Source: an uncultured Gemmatimonadaceae bacterium (GTDB lineage: Bacteria > Gemmatimonadota > Gemmatimonadetes > Gemmatimonadales > Gemmatimonadaceae). From it: 64,000 bases of DNA. The position numbers were made by a program, and so were the translations under genes. Shown piece by piece: positions 32,414 to 42,834 of this stretch. The stretch lies in the NCBI GenBank assembly GCA_963822945.1, contig CAWGJO010000027.1:227728-291727 (forward strand), written 5' to 3'. How positions within the stretch are numbered: the stretch's first letter is position 1; each line of letters opens with the position of its first letter. The notes under the pieces are model-generated. The model worked only from the letters and a program-made list of their open reading frames with translations, did no database searches and was not told where the DNA came from.

Positions 32414-32806
32414 CTATCCCTGGAAGCTGCGGGGGCTCACCGGCGAGCTTGATGGCGGCCGCTGTCCGTAGCGCTGCGTGAGGTAGCCGACGATCAACCC
32501 GACGAGTGCACCCGGGATGAGGATCTCCCAGAAGTAGACCTTCCCGGTCGTCGGGTCGGTCCCCATGGCGAACGGGAGCGCGAACAGCGCGCCGATGGTC
32601 AGCCCGAAGGCGACGCCCAGGGCAAGGTTGTTCACCTTGCGCGCAAACCAGCCGATCAGGATCCCGGCCACCAACCCTTTCCCCATCGAGCCGAGGACGA
32701 TGGTGGTGATCTCCGGGCTGACCTCGGGAGCAGAGACGAGCGCGGTGAGGCCGTCGAGGACACCGAGCACGCCACCGGCGGTGAGGCCGAGGAGGGGTTT
32801 GTTCAT
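32414..32806 (-). CDS. Hypothetical multi-TM membrane protein
   Basis: Four hydrophobic Gly-rich segments. Confidence 0.75.
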   Translation of the reverse strand: MNKPLLGLTAGGVLGVLDGLTALVSAPEVSPEITTIVLGSMGKGLVAGILIGWFARKVNNLALGVAFGLTIGALFALPFAMGTDPTTGKVYFWEILIPGALVGLIVGYLTQRYGQRPPSSSPVSPRSFQG

Positions 32807-32891
32807 GGTTGGGGGGGGTAGGGGAAGAGGGAAAGACGAGGGGACGTGGGAGCATTAGGCGCCGGGTGCAGCGTCCATTATCCGCGGGGGA

Positions 32892-33902
32892 CTACACGCC
32901 GGGCCACAGCAGGATGAGCACACGGACGATGGCGTAGGCGAGCAATAGCAGGATGAGGGGACGGTTTCGAGCGAAGAAGCGGCCGATGCGTTCGAGGCCG
33001 TTCTCGCGATAGGCGTCGACGGGCGTGCCGTCCAGCCAGTTGCGCACGTCGAGCGCCAGCGCGGCAGCGCTCGGGTAGCGATCGGCGGGGAGCGTGGCGG
33101 TTGCGCGGCGGATGATGGCGGCGAGCGGGCGCGGAATGGGGCGGCCATCGGTGCCGATCAGATCGCGCAGCGTGGCCCCCAGTCCGAAGACGTCGGCCCG
33201 CTGGTCGGCGTCGCGGGCGGCGCCCCCCGCCTGCTCAGGGGGCATGTAACCCGGCGTACCGATCACGACGCCGTCGCTCGTGCGCGAGGCGTCGGGCGCG
33301 GAAGCGAGGGGAGCCTCGTCGGGGGCTGCCGGCGTCGGCGCCGGAGAGTACGGCGAGCGCGGCCCACGAGCGCCGGTGGCCGTACCCGGCTCGAGCAGCC
33401 GCGCCACGCCCCAGTCCAGCACCAGCACCTCGCCGAACTCTCCGATCATGACATTGCGCGGCGTGATGTCGCGATGAATCACGCCGCGTGCGTGCGCGAA
33501 CGCCACGGCGTCGCAGACCTGCAGGAAGAGGCGGAGCCGTTCGCCGCGTCCGCGCGAGGCGGCGTCGTGCGCGAGGGTCTCGCCGCGCACGCGTCGCATC
33601 ACATAGAACGGGCGCCCATCGGCGAGCACGCCGACGTCGTAGATGGCGACGATTCCCGGATGCTCGAGCCGTGCGAGAACGCGCGCCTCACGCGTCAGCC
33701 GATCGGCCAGCGCCGAGGCATCTGCCTCGCCGGTCACGACCTTGAGCGCCACCTCGCGGTCGAGCGCGTGGTCGATGGCCAGGTACACCACGCCCATCCC
33801 GCCGCGACCGATCGCCTCCCGCACCTCGTACCGGTCTCCGGCATCGGGTGTATCGAGCGCGTGTTGCAGGTGCCGCACGGCAGCGTCGCTGAGCACGGTC
33901 AC
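32892..33902 (-). CDS. Short Ser/Thr kinase with C-terminal TM anchor
   Basis: IGRGGMGVVY, HRDITPRN, LDWG, GTPGYMPPEQ. Confidence 0.9.
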   Translation of the reverse strand: MTVLSDAAVRHLQHALDTPDAGDRYEVREAIGRGGMGVVYLAIDHALDREVALKVVTGEADASALADRLTREARVLARLEHPGIVAIYDVGVLADGRPFYVMRRVRGETLAHDAASRGRGERLRLFLQVCDAVAFAHARGVIHRDITPRNVMIGEFGEVLVLDWGVARLLEPGTATGARGPRSPYSPAPTPAAPDEAPLASAPDASRTSDGVVIGTPGYMPPEQAGGAARDADQRADVFGLGATLRDLIGTDGRPIPRPLAAIIRRATATLPADRYPSAAALALDVRNWLDGTPVDAYRENGLERIGRFFARNRPLILLLLAYAIVRVLILLWPGV

Positions 33903-34618
33903 GGCGGATCGATACCGAGCAGCGTGCGCACCTCCTCCCGATACTCGGCGTCGTCGGTCGTGAGCGCGCGCAACGTCTCGAGCACGTGGGCGCGGAGCCG
34001 GCGGCGGGCCCAGTTGAGATAGTTGGTCACCTGGGTCGGCGGCAGGTCGAAGTCGCGGGCCACCTCCGCGTAGCTTGGGCGCTGGTCCAGTTCCGCCCCG
34101 TCGATGTCGTAGGCCACGAACACTCGGTACGTGACCTCGCGTCCCGCTCCCTCACATTCGCGGCGCAGCGCCTCCAACGCCTGTGCAAAGACGCTGCGCA
34201 CCCACTCCCGTTCGAACAGCTGCTCGACCTCGCTGTCGCCCACTGGACTGTGCAGGGCGGGATCGAACGACAGGTGCGGCAGCCCCCCACCGCGCTTGAG
34301 GCGCGTCTGTCCCTCGTGCACGGTGCTGGCAAAGGCCATCAGGCAGCTCCGAAGGAACGTCCGGAACCGTCCCTTCGCGCGGTCGTAGCGCTGCAACCAG
34401 TCCCGATCCAGGGCGTGGACGAGGAAGTCATGCGCGAGATCCTCCGCGTCCGCCCGCTCGAGGTGCCAGCGCTGCCGCAGCACCGAGATGATCGGCTCGC
34501 GATACACCCCCGCGACCGTCTCGATGGCGCGGACCCGCTCGTCGGCCGCGTGGCTGCCGAGCGCTTCGATGATGGAATACTGCGTATCGGGAAATTCGGA
34601 CACGAATAGAAGAAGCAC
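33899..34618 (-). CDS. ECF sigma factor coupled to kinase (start may be ~34600)
   Basis: FPDTQYSII, DAEDLAHDF, YDRAKGRFRTFL, FEREW, ARRRLR; 4-bp overlap with kinase. Confidence 0.8.
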   Translation of the reverse strand: MLLLFVSEFPDTQYSIIEALGSHAADERVRAIETVAGVYREPIISVLRQRWHLERADAEDLAHDFLVHALDRDWLQRYDRAKGRFRTFLRSCLMAFASTVHEGQTRLKRGGGLPHLSFDPALHSPVGDSEVEQLFEREWVRSVFAQALEALRRECEGAGREVTYRVFVAYDIDGAELDQRPSYAEVARDFDLPPTQVTNYLNWARRRLRAHVLETLRALTTDDAEYREEVRTLLGIDPP

Positions 34619-34679
34619 CCCGCGGGGCGCCGTCGCCAGTTGCCGAACGCGCCCGGTGCGGACGACGCACGCCGACGGA

Positions 34680-35252
34680 TCACCCGGCGGCGGCGTACGC
34701 CGCGCGCAGCCAGCCGATCACTTCGGCATTGACGTCGCTGGCGCTCTCGAGCCGCACTCGGTGCGACACCATCGCGTTCCAGCTCCCCGCCTTCTCGAGC
34801 CGCCCCGCCGGTTCGACCCCCTTGAGCTTGAGCCCGAGGTCGAAGCGGGTCTTCGTCGAGGGATGCAGCGTGGCGAACTGCGTCTTGCGCCTGAGTGACA
34901 TGTAGCCCTTCTTGGGCGCCTGCTCGATGTCCGGGCCGAACGCGAGGATCTTCTTCATCAGGGCGTCGTAGATCGGGCGCAGTGCCGCCTTGTCGCCCGC
35001 AAACATCGCCGCGACCAGGTCGTCGCCGGTCGCCGCCCTGGATCCGGCGCCGGATTTGAGCGCCGTGTGGGCCACGAGATTCGCATAGCCATGAGTCATC
35101 CCGTGCTCCTCTTTGAGCCAGGCGACGATCTCGCCATGCTTGGTCTTGCCGCTCTTCTTCGCGAGGACCGACCACTGCTCGAGCGACGTGCCGGTCTTCG
35201 CCTTCAGCGACGCGATCATCGTCGCCAACTGCTCTTCGGGTGACGTGGCCAT
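34680..35252 (-). CDS. DUF4287/DUF5655 domain protein
   Basis: LKAKTG.SLEQW, KHGEIVAWLKEEHGMTHGYAN; PKKGYMSLRRKTQFA; WLRAAY. Confidence 0.8.
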   Translation of the reverse strand: MATSPEEQLATMIASLKAKTGTSLEQWSVLAKKSGKTKHGEIVAWLKEEHGMTHGYANLVAHTALKSGAGSRAATGDDLVAAMFAGDKAALRPIYDALMKKILAFGPDIEQAPKKGYMSLRRKTQFATLHPSTKTRFDLGLKLKGVEPAGRLEKAGSWNAMVSHRVRLESASDVNAEVIGWLRAAYAAAG

Positions 35253-35449
35253 CGGATGGTCCTCGGCGTGAATGGGATGCCCCCCATTAGGTGGCGGTGA
35301 TCCCGGCCATTATGGAGACGTGATTCGCGGGCTGCCAACCCGGTGGTTGCAGTATACCCCGATCCGGGAGACCGGGTGGTCAGGGGCCCCATTGCCACCG
35401 GCCGGTGGTGGATCAGCCACCGCCCACTCCGACTTGGCTACCCCTTGCA

Positions 35450-35482
35450 CTTCGACAAAACGGCTGTAATCTCTTGTCGAAG
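35450..35482. promoter_or_regulatory. Inverted repeat CTTCGACAA-N15-TTGTCGAAG, PadR operator candidate
   Basis: Perfect 9-bp arms directly upstream of the PadR gene. Confidence 0.6.
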
Positions 35483-35496
35483 CGATAGGGGGCGCC

Positions 35497-35829
35497 ATGA
35501 CCGACACACGACTCGATCTTCCGCAGGGCACGCTGGACCTCCTCATTCTCAAGGCCGTGTCGCTCGAGCCGCAGCACGGCTGGGCGATCTCCGAACGCAT
35601 CCGGCAGATCTCACGGCAGGCCCTGAGCGTGCGGCAGGGGTCGCTCTACCCCGCCCTCCACCGGCTGGAGCGCCGCGGGTGGATCCGGGCCAGGTGGGGC
35701 GCGTCGGAGAACAACCGTCGGGCCAAGTTCTACGAGCTGACCAGGCGTGGCCGGGCGCAGTTGGCCGCGGAGTCGGACGCGTGGGAGCGGTTGGCGACGG
35801 CGGTGGGATTGGTGCTGCGGACCACCTGA
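35497..35829 (+). CDS. PadR family regulator (acidobacterial type)
   Basis: QGTLDLLILK, HGWAI, GSLYPALHRLE, SENNRRAKFY. Confidence 0.93.
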   Translation: MTDTRLDLPQGTLDLLILKAVSLEPQHGWAISERIRQISRQALSVRQGSLYPALHRLERRGWIRARWGASENNRRAKFYELTRRGRAQLAAESDAWERLATAVGLVLRTT

Positions 35830-35844
35830 GGCGAGCGCCGCGCC

Positions 35845-38481
35845 ATGCTTGCCGAGTTGTTCAGCGATCTGAAATACCGCTTCCGCGCGCTCTTCCGTCG
35901 CGCCGAGGTGGAGCGCGAGTTAGCCGACGAGCTTCGCGACCATCTGGAGCGCGAGGCCGCCGCGAACCGCGCCGCCGGCATGGCGCCGGAGGAGGCAATG
36001 CGGCGGGCGCGAATAGCGTTCGGCGGTGTGGAGTACACCCGGGAGCGGAGCCGAGACGTGCGAGGCGTGCGGTGGATAGAGATCGTCGTCCGCGACGCGC
36101 GCCTCGCGCTGCGCACACTGCGAGGCCAGCCGGCGTTCAGCATGATTGCGATCGCGTCGCTGGCCATCGGGATCACGATGTCCGCCGGCATCGTGACCGT
36201 CCTGCGATCTATATATGGAGGAGGTCTGGCGTTCGCGAAAACCGACCGGGTCGTCGCACTGTACCAACCGGTGCCGGGCGGGCGGAACTACCGCTTTCGG
36301 GGCGCTACCCTGCGATCGGTCGTCAGTCGGGCCACGCAACTGAGTCAGGTCGCACTCTATGCCGACCAGTTGGCGACCATTCGAACGGACACGCTGGACG
36401 CGCACGTCCAGGCCACGGCTGCCACACCCTCCCTGATGACGCTACTCGGCATGCGCCCCGAGCTTGGGCGGGCGCTCACGCCGGCAGACGGCGAGGCCGG
36501 ATCACCGTCCGTCACCGTGATCAGCCACGACTACTGGGTCTCGCAATTCGGCGGCGCATCCACTGTGCTGGGCCGCGCGCTGACGGTCGACGGCCGCAGC
36601 GTCACGATTGTCGGCGTCCTTCCGCGAGACATGACGTTCCCGAATGGGACGAAGCTGTGGTTGCCCAGATCCGCGCGCGCGATGCTCGAGGATTCCGCAA
36701 CCTTCGTCCGCGCACTGGCGCGTGTGTCACCCGGCACGGTCCTCGCGCGAATTGACGCCGAACTCACGACCATCGCCCGCAGTGACTCACTCGCCACACA
36801 CATCCACGGTCCGCTTCCCGCCGTGCGTGCGGCCACGTTCCAGACGTTCGTGGCCGACCAATTCATCGACCTGCTGTATTTCCTCACAGCCGTTGGTGTC
36901 GCCCTCGCGCTGATCGCTTCGGTGAACTTTGCCGCCCTCGTGCTCGCCCGCGGGATGCGCCGGCGTGAAGAGCTCGGCATTCGCGCGGCCCTCGGTGCGT
37001 CCACCGGACGCCTGGTGGCGCACATGTTGGCCGAGTGCGTGCTGCTGGGGGTGGCGGGCGGCGCTCTTGGCGCTCTTGGGGCCCCGTTCGCAATCCACGG
37101 CTTCGACGTGTTGCTGCCTGGCGTCATCCCACCGTGGCTGCACCTGCAATGGGGGTTGGGAGCGGCGGGCGTCGCCATTGCTCTCGCGGTGGGCCTGGGA
37201 CTCGTGTTCGGAATTGCCCCAGCGATCGAACTCGCGCGCCCGGCCGCGGCGGGATTTCTGCGCACCGGCACCGGTGGCGCCATCGGACTCAAACGGCAAC
37301 GCGCCGGCCGGCGCGCGCTCGTCGTCTTCCAGGTATTTCTGGCCATCGCGCCGGTGGTGTTCCTGTCGATTCTGGTCGGCCCGGACCTGACCATGCAGCG
37401 CGCGGCCTCGGGCGTCGACCTGACCGGTCTGTACTCAGGCCAAGTCGGCGACTATGGCAGGCAGGACAGCGTGGTGTATGCGCCCGGAGTGAGAGCGCAC
37501 ACGCTCGACATCATCCGCGCGGTCCCGGCAGTGCGGGCCGCCGCGATCTCGACTCAGATGTACGTGGCAAACGCGAGCATTGAAGTCGACACGGCTGGTA
37601 ACGGCGAGTTCGTTCGAAACGATGGGCGAGGAGGCCTGTGGCATGGGGTCACCGATCAGTTCTTCGAGGCATTCCGCCCCAGGCTCCTTGCCGGACGATT
37701 TCCATCCGACCAGGAACTGGAAGACGGCTCGGCGGTCGCCGTCGTGAGCCTCCATACAGCAACGTCGCTTGCCGGCCGGCTGCGGACCGGCTGGCGTATA
37801 CGCATCGGCGCTTCCGGCTCAGGCTGGGTTGCGGCAACCGTGGTAGGCATCGTGGCGGATGTCGTACCTTATGGATTTGGCCAGGTGCCTGCGGTTGAAG
37901 TGTATTCGCCGCTGTCCGCCATCCATACCCAGCAGCGATGGCCGGGCACCCTCTGGCTTCGCCGCGCCGATCATGCAGCGGCGATCGTGCCCGCCGTTTA
38001 CGCTACGCTCCACGCGCAGGCACCGAGCGTATCGATTACCGACCTGCAAGCCCGATCGGTCGCCACAGCGCGCGTCGAGCATACGATACGTTCGATTCTG
38101 CTCATCGTTCTTCTCTCCTTCGGCATTGCCGTGGCACTCGCCGCCGTCGGCATCTACGGCACCATCGCCTACTCGGCCGCCACGAGAAGGAAGGAGTTCG
38201 CGCTTCGTGTAGCGCTCGGTGCGGCCAGGACGCATATCGCCGTGCTCGTTACCCGCGAGGCGCTGGGGCACACGCTCGCGGGTGTTGGGCTCGGAATCGT
38301 GGGCGGTGTAGCAACCGTCCTGTATTTCGCGCGCAGACCGGATTTGCTGACGGCGCCGCCGGCGGGCATGATCGTCGTGAGTTGCGCCACGATGCTGGCC
38401 GTGCTCGTGTTGGCCTCGATCGGTCCCGTCCGCCGCGTCTGGCGCACCGATGCCGCAACGGTGTTGCGCGAGGACGGCTGA
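35845..38481 (+). CDS. ADOP/MacB-like duplicated ABC permease
   Basis: ELADELRDHLE prefix domain, ARIAFGG, EELGIRAALGA, EFALRVALGA, VLRED. Confidence 0.9.
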   Translation: MLAELFSDLKYRFRALFRRAEVERELADELRDHLEREAAANRAAGMAPEEAMRRARIAFGGVEYTRERSRDVRGVRWIEIVVRDARLALRTLRGQPAFSMIAIASLAIGITMSAGIVTVLRSIYGGGLAFAKTDRVVALYQPVPGGRNYRFRGATLRSVVSRATQLSQVALYADQLATIRTDTLDAHVQATAATPSLMTLLGMRPELGRALTPADGEAGSPSVTVISHDYWVSQFGGASTVLGRALTVDGRSVTIVGVLPRDMTFPNGTKLWLPRSARAMLEDSATFVRALARVSPGTVLARIDAELTTIARSDSLATHIHGPLPAVRAATFQTFVADQFIDLLYFLTAVGVALALIASVNFAALVLARGMRRREELGIRAALGASTGRLVAHMLAECVLLGVAGGALGALGAPFAIHGFDVLLPGVIPPWLHLQWGLGAAGVAIALAVGLGLVFGIAPAIELARPAAAGFLRTGTGGAIGLKRQRAGRRALVVFQVFLAIAPVVFLSILVGPDLTMQRAASGVDLTGLYSGQVGDYGRQDSVVYAPGVRAHTLDIIRAVPAVRAAAISTQMYVANASIEVDTAGNGEFVRNDGRGGLWHGVTDQFFEAFRPRLLAGRFPSDQELEDGSAVAVVSLHTATSLAGRLRTGWRIRIGASGSGWVAATVVGIVADVVPYGFGQVPAVEVYSPLSAIHTQQRWPGTLWLRRADHAAAIVPAVYATLHAQAPSVSITDLQARSVATARVEHTIRSILLIVLLSFGIAVALAAVGIYGTIAYSAATRRKEFALRVALGAARTHIAVLVTREALGHTLAGVGLGIVGGVATVLYFARRPDLLTAPPAGMIVVSCATMLAVLVLASIGPVRRVWRTDAATVLREDG

Positions 38482-38885
38482 CTCCGGAGGGTGCCCCGCA
38501 ACATGGTGAGCGGCGGGTAAGGGCCGGAGCGATTCGGCCCGTCATGCCGTCGTATATCTAGCCGTGCGTCACCCGTAGGTAACGTTCCGTGGAATCGGTG
38601 CTCACTAAGGTGTCGCCGTCCGTCGACAGCGTTCCATCGAAAGACTGGGGTTGTCGCTGCCCACCGTTCACCTCCGTCCACTGAAGCGACACGTGCGGAT
38701 ACTGGATCGTGCCCGTCACCCGGTACGATGGGCCGCACCCGCCCACCAGGCCGCAGAAGGTGAACGTGCCATTCACCGCCGTGGCGGCGAGCAGGGGAGA
38801 CCACCGCGTCATCATCGGTCTCACGATGGTACGCCAATTGCGCAGCCGCAACCGAGCCCGGCGCGACTCGGCTGCTCACCGCAGG

Positions 38886-38926
38886 CGCATCAACTTCCGA
38901 TACGTCACCCGCTGCGGCTGACCGGC
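38886..38926 (-). repeat. ettA-tail repeat copy E (short, no arm)
   Basis: CAACTTCCGATACGTCACCCGCTGCGGCTGA, minus strand QPQRVTYRKLMR. Confidence 0.8.
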
Positions 38927-39080
38927 GTTTGTATCGAGCTCACGCGGCGAGAGATCGCGGCCACGACTTCCGCGGTGCGCCATGCCGCCGTCGACCGCCC
39001 TATCCAGCGAGCGAAGGCATCCGTCATTCCCCCCGTCGCAATGCTCCAACTTTCAGGGGGGCACGCCACGCGCCACTTGA

Positions 39081-39812
39081 CTACCGGCCGGCCCAGCGCG
39101 GCTGCTCGTATCCCTTGAGCCAGACGAGGACGAGGTGGGTGCACTCCGGCCAACCGCCGAATGCGACAAGCACCGCCCGTTGGGCGTCTACTATCGGTTC
39201 GTGCACACCGTCCAGCGAGTTGAACGCCTCGACGGCCGCGACCTCTTTTGGGTTGATCTGGTTGAGTTGGAGTGCGCCGGAGTGCTTGCCGTCGATCACG
39301 ACCTTTATCGGGCAGCCAGGAGAGGCATGCAGCCGACGGGACAGCGTGAAGTCGAAGGCGATCATCTTCCAGAGCTGGGTGCCCTTGGGGAACTTGGCGA
39401 TCAGGTCGCGTCCGAGTTCCATGCTGCCGAGGCCGTGCGCCCTGCGGTCGAACATGCGGGGCAGCGCGAACTCCAGCGCCTGCGACCGCACGGTGTCGAG
39501 CAGTGCGGCATTCGCCTGCAGGGTGATGACGATCGACAGCGAGCCCGTGCGCATGCGAATCGTCGTATCCGACGGCGAAAAGCCGATACGCCGCGCGCGA
39601 ACGAGGTGGCTGCCTGTGTCGACGGGCCACAGCACAAAGCGCCCGCCGGAGTCGGTGGTTGCTCGCGGGCCCGACGGAAGCACCTGGACTTCGACGCCGA
39701 CGATGCCGAACCCTTCGGGGGTGACCACGCGGCCGGTGACTTGTTGGGCGGACAGCAGCATGGGGACGGCGAGTGCCGCTCCGGCAATAGCGAGACGCCC
39801 GGCTGCACGCAT
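39081..39812 (-). CDS. Exported protein with carboxypeptidase-regulatory-like domain
   Basis: Signal peptide, VTGRVV, TTDSGGRF, ARRIGFSP, EVAAVE. Confidence 0.75.
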   Translation of the reverse strand: MRAAGRLAIAGAALAVPMLLSAQQVTGRVVTPEGFGIVGVEVQVLPSGPRATTDSGGRFVLWPVDTGSHLVRARRIGFSPSDTTIRMRTGSLSIVITLQANAALLDTVRSQALEFALPRMFDRRAHGLGSMELGRDLIAKFPKGTQLWKMIAFDFTLSRRLHASPGCPIKVVIDGKHSGALQLNQINPKEVAAVEAFNSLDGVHEPIVDAQRAVLVAFGGWPECTHLVLVWLKGYEQPRWAGR

Positions 39813-40270
39813 CACGTGACGGCCCCGTATAGGAAAGCTGCGAGTGCCCCTTGGTCCAGAGCAGCACGATGGCGCTGCAGGGCTCGATGTCATCGAGCGG
39901 GATCGGCGGTTCGTGCCCCCATAGCATCTAATCCAACTTCTCATAATATGTGAGTCGGATCGCTCCTTCGCTACAATCCTCGTTCCGAGCGGGTGGTCGT
40001 CGCCGCGCCGACCGGCGCCGTGCGCCTGACCGCGGCTGTCTTGCAGGCGCGTGGCAGCTCCGGCCGCCGAATGCGCGGCACGGGTACACCCAAGCGATCG
40101 ACGTCACATACGGAGTACCGCTAGCACTTGAACGCGAACGTATCCCCGACCACGGGAACAATCCGGAGCATGGGATTGCCCGCCAAGTACGCCTTGAACG
40201 GTGAGACGCTCTTCCCGTCGTTCCGCCACTCGCCCTGGCATGACGTTCCGGGAGGCAGGTCATTGCCGTC

Positions 40271-41002
40271 CTACATCGCCGCCGCCGCGGTGCCATCCGA
40301 CCACACCGGCACCATGACCAGCGAGACGAGGATCGATTGCAGTCCCTGCATCTGTGACGGATCCGTCGGCGAGAAGAACCAGTACGGCGCCGACACGATC
40401 GGCGAACCCGCCGCACCCGAACCCCAGTCCTTCGCCTCCAAGCCGGCGGTATAGAACATCACATGAGATGCGTTGTGGCCGCCCTGGTCGGTCAGATAGG
40501 ACGCTTTCGACATCATGTAGCACATCGCGCCGCTCTGGAGCGCCGGCAGCCCGCCCTTCGCATACGCCGCTTTGATCGCGGACACGACCTCTGCCTTCGA
40601 ACGGCCGGCCATCACCATCCGGCTCCGCAGGAATTCGATCGGCAACAGCCAACGCGCTGCCTCGGCATTCAGGCACGCGGCAGCTCTCACCTTCGGGTTC
40701 CAGAACTCCGGCCAGTCGAACGCCGCCATGAATCCGCGGTCCACCACGCACACGAACCCATTCGTTCCGTGCACGGCGGTTTCGTAGCCCTGCCGTCCCA
40801 GCACCAGGACGGTCGCGTCGCGGGAGATCGATGCGGGAGCGGCGCTTCGCGCCAATGGAACCTCGGCGCTTCTGTCCATCAGGTATCGGCCAATCGGTGC
40901 CATCGTCGGGTACGCGCCCGACTGCGCCGCGGCGTTCGACACGCCGCATCCCATCGCGATGACGAGAGCAACGCCGGTCGTGAGCTCGAACGCGCGGCTC
41001 AT
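40271..41002 (-). CDS. Hypothetical exported protein
   Basis: Signal peptide; LARSAAPASIS, GTNGFVC, MCYMMSK, HVMFY; overlaps DGPF stop by 4 bp. Confidence 0.75.
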   Translation of the reverse strand: MSRAFELTTGVALVIAMGCGVSNAAAQSGAYPTMAPIGRYLMDRSAEVPLARSAAPASISRDATVLVLGRQGYETAVHGTNGFVCVVDRGFMAAFDWPEFWNPKVRAAACLNAEAARWLLPIEFLRSRMVMAGRSKAEVVSAIKAAYAKGGLPALQSGAMCYMMSKASYLTDQGGHNASHVMFYTAGLEAKDWGSGAAGSPIVSAPYWFFSPTDPSQMQGLQSILVSLVMVPVWSDGTAAAAM

Positions 41003-41376
41003 AGCTCGGTCGAGCTGATCTGTCCGGCCTCGTCGGGCTGGTAGTACAACTCCCGCACTTCGACGGGCCCCAGAATCCCGGCCGCGCCCTTCCGCAGCCA
41101 GCCAAGCACTTCGTCCATGTTTTCGGCGTCCACCAGCATGAAACCGGCGATGTGCTCCTTGGTCTCCGTGTACGGCCCGTCGGTGACGAGCACCTTGCCG
41201 CCCTGATTCCGCAACGTCTTCGCGCTGCCGGCCGGCGAAACCCCGCAGGCGAACTTCAGCGCGCCCGCGGCCTCCATCTCGGCGTTGAGCGCGTGGATCG
41301 CGGCGCCGGTCTCTTCGGTGATGCTGGACGGGTCGAAGTCATCGGGGAGGTAGCTGGCAACCAGATACCGGGGCAT
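40999..41376 (-). CDS. YciI/DGPF-domain protein
   Basis: VTDGPYTETKEHIAGF...VEVR. Confidence 0.9.
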   Translation of the reverse strand: MPRYLVASYLPDDFDPSSITEETGAAIHALNAEMEAAGALKFACGVSPAGSAKTLRNQGGKVLVTDGPYTETKEHIAGFMLVDAENMDEVLGWLRKGAAGILGPVEVRELYYQPDEAGQISSTEL

Positions 41377-41403
41377 GACTGCTCCTTGTTGGGTTCACCA
41401 ATA

Positions 41404-41429
41404 GTCGTTGGAAAGGCGGAAATTCGACA
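41404..41429 (-). promoter_or_regulatory. ECF42-type promoter (TGTCGA-N16-CGAC)
   Basis: Minus strand TGTCGAatttccgcctttccaaCGAC between the sigma gene and the DGPF gene. Confidence 0.7.
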
Positions 41430-41442
41430 ACCAACCCGGCTC

Positions 41443-42711
41443 TCACGTCAACTGGCGAATTCGCTCCTGAAGGAACCGCCGTTCCGGCTCCTGTTGGGTG
41501 AGCGCTAACGCACGCTCATAGCAGGACTTAGCCTCGGTAGCCATACCCAGTCTGCGGTACATGTCGGCGCGGGCCGCATGCGCCAGGTAGTAGTTAGTCA
41601 GCTCCCCCCGGTCCAACAACGCGTCGATCTCCGCCAGCCCGGCCTCCGGACCATCGCACATGGCAACGGCCACGGCGCGATTGAGCTGGACGACCGGCGA
41701 GGGCTGAATTCGCAGCAATTGATCGTAGAGCGAGACGATCCGCCGCCAGTCGGTGTCGGCCGCCGATCGTGCCTTCGCATGTACGGCCGCAATCGCGGCC
41801 TGCAGCGTGTATGGACCGACGTGGCGGGAGCCCAGCGCCTTCGCCAGCCATGCGCCGCCCTCGGCAATCTGGTCGCGATTCCAGCGCGAGCGGTCCTGCT
41901 GCTCCAGCAGGATCAGTTCCCCGCTCGGCGAGGTCCTCGCGGCGCGCCGGGATTCCTGAAGCAGCATCAGGGCCAGAAGGCCCAGGGGCTCCGAACCAGT
42001 GATGTCCGGTTCCGGCTGGAGTTCGATCAGCAACCGGCCGAGCCGAATCGCCTCGCCGGTGAGCTCGGCCCGCGTCACCTCGGCCCCGGCGCCGGCCGAG
42101 TACCCCTCGTTGAACACGAGATAGATGACCCGAAGCACGGCGCCCAGCCGCTCCGGCAATTCCTCGGGCGCCGGCACTTCGAATGGGATCGGCGACTCCC
42201 GAATCTTCGCCTTGGCGCGCACGATACGCTGCGCCAGCGCCGCCGGCGCAACCAGAAAGGCTCGCGCGATCTCCTCGGTGGTCAGGCCGCACACTTCTCG
42301 CAGGGTCAGCGCCACCTGCGCTTCCGCCGGCAGCTCGGGATGGCAGCACGTGAAGATCAGACGGAGGCGATCATCTTCGATCTCATCGTCGCCCTCGCCG
42401 GAGAACTCCTCGTCGATCTGCGTTTCCATATGGAGCGCCAGGTCGCGCTGGGCGCCGTCGATGCGGGCGCGCCGGCGTATCGCATCAATGGCCTTGAAGC
42501 GTGCCGTCGATATCAGCCACGGGCGGGGCTTGTCCGGAATGCCGGTGCGCGGCCACGACTCCAGTGCGACCGCAAACGCCTCGTGCATCGACTCTTCAGC
42601 CAGGTCCAGGTCGCCGAGCACGCGCACGAGCATCGCCAGCACCCGGCCCGATTCCGATCGGTACAGCGTCTCGATGGTCCTGCGGAAGTGTTCGGGTGCG
42701 CGCAGCGACAC
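41443..42711 (-). CDS. ECF42-type sigma factor with C-terminal TPR extension
   Basis: DDRLRLIFTCCHP, ALTLREVCGLTTEEIARAF, IYLVFNEGY, QAAIAAVH; adjacent DGPF gene. Confidence 0.92.
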   Translation of the reverse strand: MSLRAPEHFRRTIETLYRSESGRVLAMLVRVLGDLDLAEESMHEAFAVALESWPRTGIPDKPRPWLISTARFKAIDAIRRRARIDGAQRDLALHMETQIDEEFSGEGDDEIEDDRLRLIFTCCHPELPAEAQVALTLREVCGLTTEEIARAFLVAPAALAQRIVRAKAKIRESPIPFEVPAPEELPERLGAVLRVIYLVFNEGYSAGAGAEVTRAELTGEAIRLGRLLIELQPEPDITGSEPLGLLALMLLQESRRAARTSPSGELILLEQQDRSRWNRDQIAEGGAWLAKALGSRHVGPYTLQAAIAAVHAKARSAADTDWRRIVSLYDQLLRIQPSPVVQLNRAVAVAMCDGPEAGLAEIDALLDRGELTNYYLAHAARADMYRRLGMATEAKSCYERALALTQQEPERRFLQERIRQLT

Positions 42712-42834
42712 GTGACGTGACCTCGGCTCTTCGGCCGTCCAATGACCGCCCTCGAGGCCAGGACATCTGACCGGCTGTGGAGACGCTCAAGTTACGGGAG
42801 GGCCGGGTGGCGAGGCCACCCCACTGCCGGGACA

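Noticed and set aside
35260..35440. Possible additional scar between the DUF4287 gene and the PadR gene
   Set aside because: I could not align it by eye to the tail or arm consensus; it needs an HMM scan
39930..40260. Possible gene remnant; also ORF 38558-38851
   Set aside because: No recognisable motif or credible start; left uncalled
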